From Candidatus Omnitrophota bacterium (GTDB lineage: Bacteria; Omnitrophota; Gorgyraeia; Zapsychrales; JANLHA01): a DNA stretch of 64,000 nt. The position numbers and the translations under genes are program-made. How positions within the stretch are numbered: the first letter of the stretch is position 1; every line of letters begins with the position of its first letter. Location of the stretch: NCBI GenBank assembly GCA_963662715.1, contig OY759724.1:460670-524669 (forward strand), given 5' to 3'. The notes below the pieces were generated by a model. The model did no database searches. It was not told where the DNA came from and saw only the letters and a program-made list of their open reading frames with translations. Of the stretch, positions 10,009 through 20,166 are shown piece after piece.

Positions 10009-11961
10009 TTATTCATATCTCAAGGCTTCCACCGGTTTAAGCTGAGCCGCCTTTCTCGCAGGCCAAAGCCCAAAACAGATGCCGACAGCAACCGAAAATG
10101 TTGTGGCCAAAACAACGGAAAACACCGAAACACGGGTCGCCCAGCCGGCTACGTTGGCCAGCAGAAAAGCCGCGCCCGCACCGAGAGTAATGCCTATGAT
10201 TCCGCCGGTTAGTGTCATGACAAGCGATTCGATCAGGAACTGCGCCATAATATCGCTGTTCCTGGCCCCAATCGCCTTCCGCAACCCGATCTCACGGGTC
10301 CTTTCGGTTACGGATACTAACATTATATTCATAATTCCAATGCCGCCAACAAATAATGATATGGCCGCGATACACCCCAAAAGCAAACTCATCGTCTGCG
10401 TTGTGCTGCTTAACATGTTTTGAATCTCGCTCATATCCCAGATACTGAAGGAATCCTCATCCTGGTATAAGCGGTGACGCTTCTGAATAAGCTTTTTTAT
10501 TTCCTCTTTGGTTTCGTCCATCATATCAGCCTGAGAAACTTCCGCATATATGCCGTCCAGATAATTCTTGCCCAACACGCGGTACATTCCTGTCGTAACA
10601 GGGATATAGACGGTGTCATCCTGGTCGTGGGGGCCGGCAAATCCCTTTTCCTGAGCCACCCCGATCACCCGGAAATTTATTCTGTTGATTTTGATAATCT
10701 GCCCCACAGGATTTTTATTCCCGAACAGTTTATCCAGGACCGTCACGCCAAGAACCGCGACTTTTGCCCGCCGCTGGATATCATCATCGCTAAACCATCG
10801 TCCTGTCATCGGAGTTGTGGCCCGCATCTCGGCATAATCGTATTCCACCCCTTCGATCCGGGTGCTCCAGTTTTCATTCTGATAAATCACCTGAGCACTT
10901 CCGCTGACAAAACCCGAGACTTTATTGATGGACTCCAAAGTCCTTATGGCGTCAGCATCTTTAAGGGAAAACCTGGCAATGGACCCTGACCCGCTGGCTG
11001 CGCCACGATGTCTTGAGGACCCGCCTCTGATGGACAGCAAATTGGAGCCTAAAGATTTCAGTTCCTTTTCCAAAGACGTCTTGGCCCCTTCTCCCAAAGC
11101 CATCATGGCAATAACAGCGGCAACGCCGACTAAAATTCCCAGCATCGAAAGAAAGGAACGGACTTTATTCGCCATAATAGCCCTTATGGCCTGATAAAAA
11201 TGCACGACCATCTCACCCTTATTCCAGATACTCCGCCTGACCAGAGTCAAGGAAGTGCGCTCTTGGCTTTGAGCGGCTTTCACGTCTTTCTCTTTCACTT
11301 CATCACTGACAATTTCGCCGTCTCTCATGCGAATGACCCGCTTGGCATATCCGGCGACCTCTTCTTCATGGGTCACCATAATAACGCTTTTGCCCTTTTC
11401 ATTCAAAGCCTTAAGAATCTGCATGATTTCCTGCTGGCTCTTTGTATCTAAATTCCCCGTCGGTTCATCGGCAAAGATGATCAAAGGATCTTTGACAAGC
11501 GCACGCGCGATGGCCACCCTCTGCTGCTGGCCGCCGGAAAGCTCGCTGGGACAGTGCGACAGCCTGTCCTTTAACCCCACAGACTCGAGCCTGTCAACAG
11601 CCTTTTGAGCCATGTTCCCGTTCGAACCGGAATAGATATACGGAAGGCTGACATTATCCAGGGCATTGACTCTTCTTAAAAGATGAAACTGCTGGAAGAC
11701 AAAACCCAGCAGCTGATTTCTCAGCCCCGCCAGTTCATCGTCAGAATACCTGCTGACCTCCTTGTTCAAAATGTAATATTCTCCGGAGTCCGGCCGGTCC
11801 AGGAACCCAAGGACATGCAGCAGAGTCGATTTCCCTGACCCGGAAGGGCCCATAATGGCCACAAACTCTCCTTCTTCTATGCGAAGAGAAACATTCTTGA
11901 GAGCCGGAACCGCAATATCTCCCATGACGTAGGTTTTAGAAATATTTCTCAGTTCAATCAT
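10009..11961 (-). CDS. macB: MacB-type ABC transporter (fused ATPase + FtsX-like permease)
   Basis: Walker A GPSGSGKST, signature LSGGQQQRVAIARAL, Walker B IIFADEPTGNLD, then four-TM FtsX permease domain; 650 aa. Confidence 0.85.
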   Translation of the reverse strand: MIELRNISKTYVMGDIAVPALKNVSLRIEEGEFVAIMGPSGSGKSTLLHVLGFLDRPDSGEYYILNKEVSRYSDDELAGLRNQLLGFVFQQFHLLRRVNALDNVSLPYIYSGSNGNMAQKAVDRLESVGLKDRLSHCPSELSGGQQQRVAIARALVKDPLIIFADEPTGNLDTKSQQEIMQILKALNEKGKSVIMVTHEEEVAGYAKRVIRMRDGEIVSDEVKEKDVKAAQSQERTSLTLVRRSIWNKGEMVVHFYQAIRAIMANKVRSFLSMLGILVGVAAVIAMMALGEGAKTSLEKELKSLGSNLLSIRGGSSRHRGAASGSGSIARFSLKDADAIRTLESINKVSGFVSGSAQVIYQNENWSTRIEGVEYDYAEMRATTPMTGRWFSDDDIQRRAKVAVLGVTVLDKLFGNKNPVGQIIKINRINFRVIGVAQEKGFAGPHDQDDTVYIPVTTGMYRVLGKNYLDGIYAEVSQADMMDETKEEIKKLIQKRHRLYQDEDSFSIWDMSEIQNMLSSTTQTMSLLLGCIAAISLFVGGIGIMNIMLVSVTERTREIGLRKAIGARNSDIMAQFLIESLVMTLTGGIIGITLGAGAAFLLANVAGWATRVSVFSVVLATTFSVAVGICFGLWPARKAAQLKPVEALRYE

Positions 11962-11966
11962 AAGAT

Positions 11967-12932
11967 TTACTTCTTCCTTTGGGGAGGTTTCGGCATAAAA
12001 GGATTGCTTCCCGATGAGGTTTTCTGAAGAATAAAAGTCTGATTCTGTATAACCACAGTATCTGCTTCACTGATACCGGATATGATTTCAATATTCTGGT
12101 CATCCTGGATCCCTGTTGTCACGGGTGTCGGAACGATCTCTCCCGAAAAAGGATGTTTTGATAAAACAAATGTCTTTCCATCTCTGTTGTTTACGGCTTC
12201 AATCGGAAGCAAGACCGCATTTTGTTTTTCCTGGACAACGACCTCGACATTAGCGCTCATACCGGAACGGAAGACCTCGGGGATATTTGCCGGCAAAATA
12301 TCAACGCCATAAATCGTCACATTATTCACCAGCTCGGATTCGTAGGAGATGTGGTCGACTTTTGCGCTGACATGGATGTCCGGATAAGCATCCAAACCGA
12401 TCATCGCCGTCTGGCCGGTTTTAATCTCACCGATATCTGTTTCATCCACATCAGCCTGGACAATCAGACGGTCGGAAAGGACAAGAACCGCGTCGCTCGT
12501 CGTCACAGTCTGACCCGGTTCAACCGAACGCACAATGACCTCTCCGTCAATAGGCGCAATCAAAGGGGTTGATTTGTAAACATTCTGCCAGTATTCCAGC
12601 TCTTCGTGCCCCTTTAATCTGGCGGCATCAAGCAACGCGGCCCGTTCCGTTGAACTCATTAAGGCCAAAATATCCCCGGCTTTAACCGTCTGACCTTCTT
12701 GGACTTCAATTTCTTCAACACGCCCCGCAATAGGCGGATTTATCTCCAGACGGTTCTGGGGCTCCACAGTGCCTGTGGTTGATATGGTCTTCTGAATGCT
12801 GCCGACGGTTGGTTGGATTTCCTTGATATCTATAACCGCGTCTTTCTTGCCATGCATTTTCAAAAAGGCCACTCCTAAAAACAAAACCAAAATAAACAAA
12901 AAAATAATTTTCTTATTCCCTTTTTTAGTCAT
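11967..12932 (-). CDS. macA: HlyD/MacA-family periplasmic adaptor (membrane fusion protein)
   Basis: N-terminal TM, coiled-coil and beta-barrel/lipoyl-like segments; directly upstream of macB; probable start MTKKGNKK. Confidence 0.75.
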   Translation of the reverse strand: MTKKGNKKIIFLFILVLFLGVAFLKMHGKKDAVIDIKEIQPTVGSIQKTISTTGTVEPQNRLEINPPIAGRVEEIEVQEGQTVKAGDILALMSSTERAALLDAARLKGHEELEYWQNVYKSTPLIAPIDGEVIVRSVEPGQTVTTSDAVLVLSDRLIVQADVDETDIGEIKTGQTAMIGLDAYPDIHVSAKVDHISYESELVNNVTIYGVDILPANIPEVFRSGMSANVEVVVQEKQNAVLLPIEAVNNRDGKTFVLSKHPFSGEIVPTPVTTGIQDDQNIEIISGISEADTVVIQNQTFILQKTSSGSNPFMPKPPQRKK

Positions 12933-14196
12933 AATCCAAAGTCCCTCCTTTGGCTTGAATCCATTTTGCTTCCGCGATGAGAAGATTGGCCTGAGCATCT
13001 AAGAACGCCTTTTTTGAACTGACCTGATTGTCTTCAATAATGATCCAGTCATCAAAAGTGATAAGCCCTGCGGAATATTGGGCGTCGGCAATCTTGGCTC
13101 GTTCTTCTGTCGCTTCTAAAAACTTTTTCTGTACAGACACATAGCCTAAAGCATCCATAAAATCTGTCCACGTTTCCTGCAAGGTCAAAATTATGCTGTC
13201 ACGCCCGCTACGCTCGTCTGCCTGAGCCTGTTTCAGTTTTGCTTCGGCTTTCGACACCTTGGCCGTCCGGCTGCCACCTTCAAATAACGACCAAGACACG
13301 CGCACCCCCATGCCCCAGTCCTGACCGTCGGGAGGCCAGTCCGATCCCGAACGCCCGGCCGATGAACTCAAATAAACTTCAGGGAAAAAACCAGCCTTCT
13401 CTGAATTAAGGCTGAATTTCGCCGCGTCTTTCAGAGCAGCCAGTTCTTTCAACAGCGGTGTGGTGTCGGCTATTTTCTGGAAATCCGGTTTATTGCTGTC
13501 GTGATTAAAAACGGAAAAATCCCCCTCAACCGCAATAAGCTCCTGGGCCTCCCGGCCCATGCTTTTCATTAACTGCAGCTGGGCCAAGGAAAGATACCGT
13601 TGGGCCTGTTCGACTTCAAAAGCGGCGTTGGCCAGATCCGCTTCCGCGGTTAACAAAGCCCCTTTATGTTCCCGTCCGGCCTCATAGCGCAGCTGTACCA
13701 ACTTTAAATTCTGCTTTCTGCGCTCCAGGATAGACTCGGTAAGAGCGACAAGTTCCTGCGCTTTTAAAAGCTCGGCAAACGATCTCCTTAAATCCAAACG
13801 GATGTTAGCAGAGGTTACAGCATAATTATATTCTGACACTTTAACGCCTGCATCCGCGCCTTTCAAATCCTGGGATGTTTTGAAACCATCAAATAATAAT
13901 TGCTGGCCGCTGACAGAATAGGAATATAATTCGGCCCTCTCCTGACCTCCGCTCTTGGAGGTCCCCGCACTCAACTCTGTGCTAACGCTCGGCAGCATGG
14001 CACTGCGCGCAACAGTCTTATCCGCCCCGGCCTGCTCTAACTCAGCCACAGCCGAAACCAGTTCCGGATTGTTTTCAAGAGTTTCCCGTATACAATCCTG
14101 CCACGTCAACGTTTGCACCGTTTCTGCCTGAACCGAGACAACCGAACAGCACAAAAATAGGGCCGCAACACTCTGTATAATGAAGTTTTTGTTCAT
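12925..14196 (-). CDS. TolC-family outer-membrane efflux protein
   Basis: Signal peptide MNKNFIIQSVAALFLCCSVVSVQA; two coiled-coil/barrel repeats typical of outer-membrane factors; overlaps the adaptor gene. Confidence 0.75.
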   Translation of the reverse strand: MNKNFIIQSVAALFLCCSVVSVQAETVQTLTWQDCIRETLENNPELVSAVAELEQAGADKTVARSAMLPSVSTELSAGTSKSGGQERAELYSYSVSGQQLLFDGFKTSQDLKGADAGVKVSEYNYAVTSANIRLDLRRSFAELLKAQELVALTESILERRKQNLKLVQLRYEAGREHKGALLTAEADLANAAFEVEQAQRYLSLAQLQLMKSMGREAQELIAVEGDFSVFNHDSNKPDFQKIADTTPLLKELAALKDAAKFSLNSEKAGFFPEVYLSSSAGRSGSDWPPDGQDWGMGVRVSWSLFEGGSRTAKVSKAEAKLKQAQADERSGRDSIILTLQETWTDFMDALGYVSVQKKFLEATEERAKIADAQYSAGLITFDDWIIIEDNQVSSKKAFLDAQANLLIAEAKWIQAKGGTLDYD

Positions 14197-14338
14197 TCTA
14201 TGATTCCCTTTACCGTAAACAATGACCGCAGGAGAAAAAACCGTCCGTGACCAGGAGACATGTCCGCCCAAACAGGCCGGATAGTATTATCCGACGAATT
14301 GGTCATTTTTAATTCATCTTTTTTATTTTTTTCCATTA

Positions 14339-14710
14339 TTAAAACGCTGAATCCCCGTTCAAATATCGGGACAATCTCTTTTTTATTTCATTCAGAGAGT
14401 TCTCCAGCTCCAGCCGCTTCGCCCGCAACAATTTCATCTTCTGTCCCTGATCCTCTATGCTCTCCGGGGCTCTCTTCCTGATTTCTTCCTTCCATTGCAA
14501 CATTTGTTCATCATTAAGATATTGAGATAATTTTTGTTCCAGTTCATCCAAATAATTCTCAAGCTCTGTCCGCTTCGCTTCCAGAATTTTCACTTTCTCT
14601 TTATCGAGCTGTGTCATGACCTTTTCCCTCTTCCGGATCTCTTCTTTAATGAATATCACTATTTGACGCAATTGATCATCGTCAAAATTAAACGGCTCTT
14701 TCCTATTCAT
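14339..14710 (-). CDS. coiled-coil periplasmic-stress-like protein with a duplicated LSxYLNxEQ (LTXXQ-variant) module
   Basis: Internal repeat ELENYLDELEQKLSQYLNDEQ / LELENSLNEIKKRLSRYLNGD. Confidence 0.4.
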   Translation of the reverse strand: MNRKEPFNFDDDQLRQIVIFIKEEIRKREKVMTQLDKEKVKILEAKRTELENYLDELEQKLSQYLNDEQMLQWKEEIRKRAPESIEDQGQKMKLLRAKRLELENSLNEIKKRLSRYLNGDSAF

Positions 14711-14785
14711 AATGCCCTGCCCCCGGCCCTTGGACCAGCTTCATAACGGTCTGACGCTTCTGCAGAGGTGTGTGAACCTCACCCT

Positions 14786-15223
14786 TTAGAAATCATTGTT
14801 CCCTGGTGGCGAACTTTCTCCCGCCTCACCATTCATGCGCTCCCGCATGAAATTTTTTCTCTTTGATTTCCTCTCTTGCTGCAGGGTTTTCCATTTCGCT
14901 ATCTGCTCATCGCTGAGATATTGGGCCAGCTGCGTTTCCGTCTCCTGAGTTATCTTTTCCATTCCCGTCTTAATGGATGAGGTGGCCTCCCGCCCTTGCC
15001 CCTTCATTTGCTTCATTAATTCCCCGCGTTTTTGGACATCCTCTTTAATAACAGGGATAATCTGCTGAATTTGTTCGTTTGTCAAATTCAGCTCTTGTGC
15101 CATTTTATTGACAATGTCTTCCGCGCCGGGGCCGCGGCCCGGGCCCCGCATCTGAGCGCAAACACCGCCTGAAAAGAACATAATCATACATACAGCTAAA
15201 ATCCATTTCTGCAGACGAACCAT
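14786..15223 (-). CDS. periplasmic Spy/CpxP-like LTXXQ protein
   Basis: Signal peptide; LNLTNEQIQQI and LAQYLSDEQIAKW motifs. Confidence 0.45.
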   Translation of the reverse strand: MVRLQKWILAVCMIMFFSGGVCAQMRGPGRGPGAEDIVNKMAQELNLTNEQIQQIIPVIKEDVQKRGELMKQMKGQGREATSSIKTGMEKITQETETQLAQYLSDEQIAKWKTLQQERKSKRKNFMRERMNGEAGESSPPGNNDF

Positions 15224-15250
15224 TGACGGCCCCTTTCATATTACAGCGAA

Positions 15251-15889
15251 TTAATCGGATTTTTTCCCGTACATCAATTTCAATTGTTTAACAGACGGGA
15301 AATCCGGATAATACTCCCCTTGCGGGCCGATAAAACCTTTCCCCGACTCTTTTATAGTGACAGGGATATACTCCCCGGAAGGGCCGGGGATATAAACGGT
15401 ATAAGCATCCCCGGAACCCGACACCCCGGACACCTCGGCAGGGGGAGCCGCCTCTTTAACTTTTATGGCCTGGGGAAGTTCCGCGATCTGATATACCGGG
15501 TCATCAACAACCACATATCCTGTACGTCCCCTCAAATAATAAGTATCATTATAATAATAGTAAACAGCTCCGTTAATGATAATGGTCTTATAACCGGGGG
15601 TCAAATCAGGTACGACCGCTCCGACAGGGGCATCAACAATCACATGGCCTATCGGGCCCTTCTTGTAAAAATATCCGTCATGATAAGCATACCTTACGCC
15701 CGCGTGGAGAATAATCTCTGTCAGCAATTCCGGGAGTGTCACCACGCTTCCTCTATAAGGATGCCGATGAGGCGGCTTTTCCATCCTGCGCGGTCCCATG
15801 CCTGCGGCCGCGGGTGAAGCGTTTCCCAAGACAGCGAACATAAACAAAAATACCGCTAAAATAAACGAAAAAGATTGCCTGTGTTTCAT
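15251..15889 (-). CDS. secreted hypothetical protein (Tyr-rich)
   Basis: Probable start MKHRQSFSFILAVFLFMFAVLGNASPAAA (signal peptide); the upstream part of the ORF-track ORF is in an AT-rich leader. Confidence 0.4.
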   Translation of the reverse strand: MKHRQSFSFILAVFLFMFAVLGNASPAAAGMGPRRMEKPPHRHPYRGSVVTLPELLTEIILHAGVRYAYHDGYFYKKGPIGHVIVDAPVGAVVPDLTPGYKTIIINGAVYYYYNDTYYLRGRTGYVVVDDPVYQIAELPQAIKVKEAAPPAEVSGVSGSGDAYTVYIPGPSGEYIPVTIKESGKGFIGPQGEYYPDFPSVKQLKLMYGKKSD

Positions 15890-16004
15890 AATCCCATCTC
15901 CTTTTGAAAGGTTATGAATCTCTTGTGCTTTTGTCTGATTAGACAAGGCTGGCTTCAAAAAAGTTACTGAAAAAAACAAATAAATACGCTTATAAAAACA
16001 GACA

Positions 16005-16041
16005 TAAAAAAACCCTTTGCGGTGAATCTGCCCGCAAAGGG
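16005..16041 (-). terminator. rho-independent terminator downstream of the nitroreductase gene
   Basis: Minus-strand 10-bp GC-rich stem (ccctttgcgg / ccgcaaaggg) with a 9-nt loop, followed by a U7 run (A run 16005-16012 on the plus strand). Confidence 0.55.
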
Positions 16042-16102
16042 TGCGTGTTGACACAAACATATTCTCTCAAATTCCGGCTCAGCGCATATAACGCCCTGTT
16101 CT

Positions 16103-16633
16103 TTAGTCGCCCTGCCCCCACTTGTTCCAGAAAACATGTGAAGCATCGAATTTGTCTCTGGGTTTCTCTTCTCCTGAGGGGATGCCAACGGCAATCACGC
16201 ATAAAGGCGCGATAGTCTCCGGAAGACCTAAAGCCTCTTTGACAAAGGAAACCCGTTCAACGCGGGGATGAGCCGCCGTCCAGCAGGCTCCCAGCCCTAA
16301 CGCTTGTGCCGCTATTAAAATATTCTGGGCAGCCGCGGAACAGTCCTGTATCCAGTAATCGGTCTCTGCGCCGCCGTGGGCCACGGATAAATCGCTCGTG
16401 ACAACAATGGCATGCTTGGCCGTTAAAAGCATTTTTGAGTAAGGCAATCCCTCGGTCAGTTTCTTAACGACCTCTTCGTCATTAACAATCACAAAATTAA
16501 AATGACGGGTATCCCGGGAACTCGGCGCGGACATCCCGGCCCGGGCCAGAGTCAGAAGGTATTCCTGTTTGACCGGTTCTCCGGTATACTTCCTGATGCT
16601 CCGACGGTCAAAAATAACGCTCAGCATATCCAT
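16103..16633 (-). CDS. nitroreductase-family (FMN-dependent) oxidoreductase
   Basis: MDMLSVIFDRRSIRKYTGEPV… is the typical nitroreductase N-terminus; 176 aa. Confidence 0.8.
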   Translation of the reverse strand: MDMLSVIFDRRSIRKYTGEPVKQEYLLTLARAGMSAPSSRDTRHFNFVIVNDEEVVKKLTEGLPYSKMLLTAKHAIVVTSDLSVAHGGAETDYWIQDCSAAAQNILIAAQALGLGACWTAAHPRVERVSFVKEALGLPETIAPLCVIAVGIPSGEEKPRDKFDASHVFWNKWGQGD

Positions 16634-16809
16634 AATATCATCCTTTAGTTTCGAAGGGTTGATGGTCTTTATTTAAAAAAGTTCAACGGCCCCCTCTCTG
16701 TTCAATCCGCTATTCTTAAATCATTATATCCATTTCACCTCTTATGCCAAGCGATTATTTACCGATCCTGATCATTGATTTATCATAAAGATCCTCCCGG
16801 AATCCTAAA

Positions 16810-18150
16810 TTAGAAATCGATCTGGGTCCTCAATCCTCCGACAACAACTGTCTTGTCTCCGTTGGCGGCATCCCGTCCATAGGGATTCCAGATGACTTGC
16901 AGGTCCGGGCTGACCGACACATGGTCATTGACCTTATAATTGTAATAACTCTCCAAATGGTACTCGACAGCAGCTTTCAAGGAGGCGTCTGACTTTTTAT
17001 AATCATCGGAAGGAATAATACCGCCAAAGGCAAAACCGGCAACATCATTCTCCCGGCCCCACATGTCCGCACGGCACTGCATACCGACACTGAAAGACTG
17101 CTCCAGAGAAATATCTTCCCCGTTCAGGAACACCTCGGGATTCTGCCAGGAATACCGGGCGAAAAGGCCTATCTGCTCGGTGACTTCCTGGTCAAAACTG
17201 ACCCCAAACCCGTACCCTTTTTCTTTGGTTTTGGCCAAATCGTCCCATTTCGTATGTTCCCGGTCGCTGACCCATCCTAACACCCGGTAGTGGCCATCCA
17301 GCCCCAAAAGTTCCGGCTTGAAATCGACCTGTCCGGCAAAGAAGCCATTATCAAAAAAATTGTCCCAGTCACTGTCCCCGTCCATAACCAGGGCATCGAT
17401 ATCAACGGCTTCATTCAGGGCAACGCCGACATGCAGCCCCCCGGCATTATCAGGGAATTCAATGGTCGGAGAATTCTTAAATATCCCCCCTAAAAATTGA
17501 GTGCATTCGTCATTGGCATACTCATTATGATCCAGATACTCGGTCGGGCTAAGCTTTCCCAGAGTCACGGTCAAAGGCTCAGAGGAATATTCATACAAAA
17601 ATTCCGTAACCTGAACTTGATTATCGCTGTCATCCGCATCACTATTGACGCTGCTGAAAAGCTTCAGGTCATTATCCACACCGGCCCCGTCACCGGTTTC
17701 CAGGTGAAGAAAAGCCCTGCCGCTGTCTGCAATACTTTTTTCCACTTCCAGATCAACAGAATAAGAGGCATCCCCGACATCCTCACCATTTTGAGCGATA
17801 TCATCGCCGTTGGCATGGTCAGTAAACTGATAAATAAGCGTGCCGCCGGCTCCGATGGCAATCCCCTCGGCCCAGGCCGCCCCGGGATCGGAAGAAGGTT
17901 CGGGATCCAGGCTCTCTTCGAGCCCTGATACCCGCGCCTCAACCAGAGCTGTTTTCCTCTGCTGTGCCTTTTCTTTGGTCTCATATTCCGAAAGCCGGCT
18001 TTCCAGCTCCTTGATGCGGGACTCCATTTGTTCCATTCGTTCGATAACGGCTTCATCCTTTAACTCGGCCCAACCCGTTCCCGGCCAGGCGAAAACACCG
18101 CCCCCGAGACAAATACACAGTATCCCTATTCTCCAGAAATTCCGCCGCAT
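16810..18150 (-). CDS. outer-membrane beta-barrel porin with an N-terminal coiled-coil
   Basis: Signal peptide; coiled-coil (EAVIERMEQMESRIKELESRLSEYE…); C-terminal …GGLRTQIDF with terminal Phe typical of outer-membrane proteins. Confidence 0.6.
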   Translation of the reverse strand: MRRNFWRIGILCICLGGGVFAWPGTGWAELKDEAVIERMEQMESRIKELESRLSEYETKEKAQQRKTALVEARVSGLEESLDPEPSSDPGAAWAEGIAIGAGGTLIYQFTDHANGDDIAQNGEDVGDASYSVDLEVEKSIADSGRAFLHLETGDGAGVDNDLKLFSSVNSDADDSDNQVQVTEFLYEYSSEPLTVTLGKLSPTEYLDHNEYANDECTQFLGGIFKNSPTIEFPDNAGGLHVGVALNEAVDIDALVMDGDSDWDNFFDNGFFAGQVDFKPELLGLDGHYRVLGWVSDREHTKWDDLAKTKEKGYGFGVSFDQEVTEQIGLFARYSWQNPEVFLNGEDISLEQSFSVGMQCRADMWGRENDVAGFAFGGIIPSDDYKKSDASLKAAVEYHLESYYNYKVNDHVSVSPDLQVIWNPYGRDAANGDKTVVVGGLRTQIDF

Positions 18151-18184
18151 GAAACTCCTCCCTTCATTAAGAAATGCTATGGGG

Positions 18185-18841
18185 TTATTGAGACTTTAAA
18201 ATAAACCGGCTGTTTTTTAAGATATAAATACGCGGGCACAACGCCTCCAGAAAATCTCTGTCATGAGAAGCGATCAGTAAAGAATGACAGGTATTTTTCA
18301 GATAATCCGTGATCCTCTCAATAACGTTGTCATCGATACTCGCTGTCGGTTCATCAAGGATGAGAACGTCCGGGCTCATCGCCAGAATCCCGGCCAAGGA
18401 AACAAGCCGTTTCTGCCCCCAGGACAACTTGGTCGTAATCCGCTGTCTTAAAGCTGTAATCCCCAAGTCTTCGGAAATATTCTTTACGCGTTTCCGGGTT
18501 TCCGTCAAATCCAGGCCCAGGTTCAGGGGGCCGAAAGAAATATCCTCTTCCACCGTCGGACAAAAAACCTGGTCATCCGGGTCCTGAAATAAATATCCTA
18601 TTCTTTTTCTCGCATCCGCAAAGTCTTTCTCCGCTTCCCTGTTTTCTCCGAACAAAACGACCTTTCCCTGCTGAGGAAGGCGCAAACCCATAATAAGAGA
18701 AAACAGCGTGGTCTTCCCGCTGCCGTTGGCGCCCATAATCCCGACGCGTTCTCCACTCTTAAGCGCGAAATCAAGCCCCTCAAAGACCTTAATCTCCGGA
18801 GTATATTCGTAAGTGATATTTTCTAATCGAATTATGTCCAT
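18185..18841 (-). CDS. cbiO: ECF/ABC transporter ATP-binding protein (CbiO/EcfA-like)
   Basis: Walker A GANGSGKTT, signature LSWGQKRLVSLA, Walker B LILDEPTASID; probable start MDIIRLENI. Confidence 0.8.
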   Translation of the reverse strand: MDIIRLENITYEYTPEIKVFEGLDFALKSGERVGIMGANGSGKTTLFSLIMGLRLPQQGKVVLFGENREAEKDFADARKRIGYLFQDPDDQVFCPTVEEDISFGPLNLGLDLTETRKRVKNISEDLGITALRQRITTKLSWGQKRLVSLAGILAMSPDVLILDEPTASIDDNVIERITDYLKNTCHSLLIASHDRDFLEALCPRIYILKNSRFILKSQ

Positions 18842-19593
18842 AATGCGGCCTGAACCACAAGAAGCGTGCCGATAAGGCCGGCAAAAATCACGTCGCTTCT
18901 TTTCCATTGAAAATGTATCAACATCGGGAAATCCCCCCGGAACCCCCTTAATTGCAGCGCCTGATATATCCGCTGCGATCTGTCATAGCTATTGACAAAA
19001 AGCATCCCGATCATGTAGGCCAGCGTCCGGAATGTGTGAATATCCGTTTTAGCCCGGAAAGCCCTTATTCTCACAGCACTAAGCATGCGCTCATACTCTT
19101 CATGCAAGACAGCCACATAACGGTAAAGAAATATCGCAATATACACCAGTTTTTTAGGGCACTTCAAATGAAAAAGGGCGTGCGCAAAAGTAAAAGGCTC
19201 TGTTGTTCCGATCAGGGATATTGTGAAAAGATAAAGGGCATTCGCCTTCAGGGCAATAAGACTTGCATAAACAGCGCCTTGCCGGCTGAATGTTAGGCCC
19301 ATACAGGTAAAAAGAGGCGTGCCGTCTATGCTGAACGGAAGGGTCAGCCATAAAAACAGAATAAAACCATTAAAGATAAAGCATCGATTCAAAAGGGCTT
19401 GCCAGTCGACATGTGCGAAGAAAACAAATGTCCCGGCTAAAAGGAAATACAGCAAAGCGGCTTCCCAGCGCTGCAAAGCGGCCACCGCAAAGACTAAAGG
19501 GATAAAAACTATAATTTTTATCCGCGGATCAAGACGGTGAAAGAAAGAATTCCCTTTTGAAAAAATATCAAGATGCATGTTGTTTCTTGACAA
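18832..19593 (-). CDS. cbiQ: ECF transporter transmembrane T component (CbiQ/EcfT)
   Basis: Five-TM protein with the conserved EcfT RxRG-type loop (…LQLRGFRGDF…); adjacent to cbiO. Confidence 0.7.
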   Translation of the reverse strand: MSRNNMHLDIFSKGNSFFHRLDPRIKIIVFIPLVFAVAALQRWEAALLYFLLAGTFVFFAHVDWQALLNRCFIFNGFILFLWLTLPFSIDGTPLFTCMGLTFSRQGAVYASLIALKANALYLFTISLIGTTEPFTFAHALFHLKCPKKLVYIAIFLYRYVAVLHEEYERMLSAVRIRAFRAKTDIHTFRTLAYMIGMLFVNSYDRSQRIYQALQLRGFRGDFPMLIHFQWKRSDVIFAGLIGTLLVVQAALWT

Positions 19594-20086
19594 TATAAAT
19601 TAATGAAAATACGGCGATGATCCATCCCACCCCGCTTATGATAAAAACCGGCTGAGGTTCAGAATTTTGTTTTTCCAGCTGACGGACACGCTGTTCTAAG
19701 ATTTGGAATTCTTCAAGCAGGGACGCACATTCACTCGCGGAAAAATCCCTCTCAATAACCGCTTCCTGTTCCCGGGGCTGGACGGCTTTCTTCCGCTCCA
19801 GGACAAACTCCCCGCGATGTCCTTGCCCGGCGTTCAGAACGGTCCTCAGAGGGACATCCGTATTTATCTTCATGGCAAACACGCCTTTTTCATCCGTTGT
19901 CGTTGTCCCGATCACCGTATCATTTTCCAGATTATAAATGATAATTTCCGCCTTTTGGGCCGGACGGCCTCCGCTGAAATAACCTTCCCCGCGCAGAGTA
20001 TCATTGTCCATGTAGCAGAAAAGGTTCACTTTATGGGCCCAGGCGGCCGTTTCAGGAAGAAGCCATAAACTGAGAATCAAGGTCAT
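19568..20086 (-). CDS. NikL-like accessory component of the Ni/Co ECF transporter (signal peptide, transthyretin/carboxypeptidase-regulatory-like domain, C-terminal TM)
   Basis: Probable start MTLILSLWLLPETAAWA; beta-sandwich motif DTVIGTTTTDEKGVFA; coiled-coil then TM helix VFIISGVGWIIAVFSLIYIV. Confidence 0.45.
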   Translation of the reverse strand: MTLILSLWLLPETAAWAHKVNLFCYMDNDTLRGEGYFSGGRPAQKAEIIIYNLENDTVIGTTTTDEKGVFAMKINTDVPLRTVLNAGQGHRGEFVLERKKAVQPREQEAVIERDFSASECASLLEEFQILEQRVRQLEKQNSEPQPVFIISGVGWIIAVFSLIYIVKKQHAS

Positions 20087-20166
20087 TTTGGCAAAACATA
20101 AAAAAACATCTCTTAGCAAGGAATTCCGCCTTGGGAGATAATGAAAAATTAACCGAACGTGTTGAA

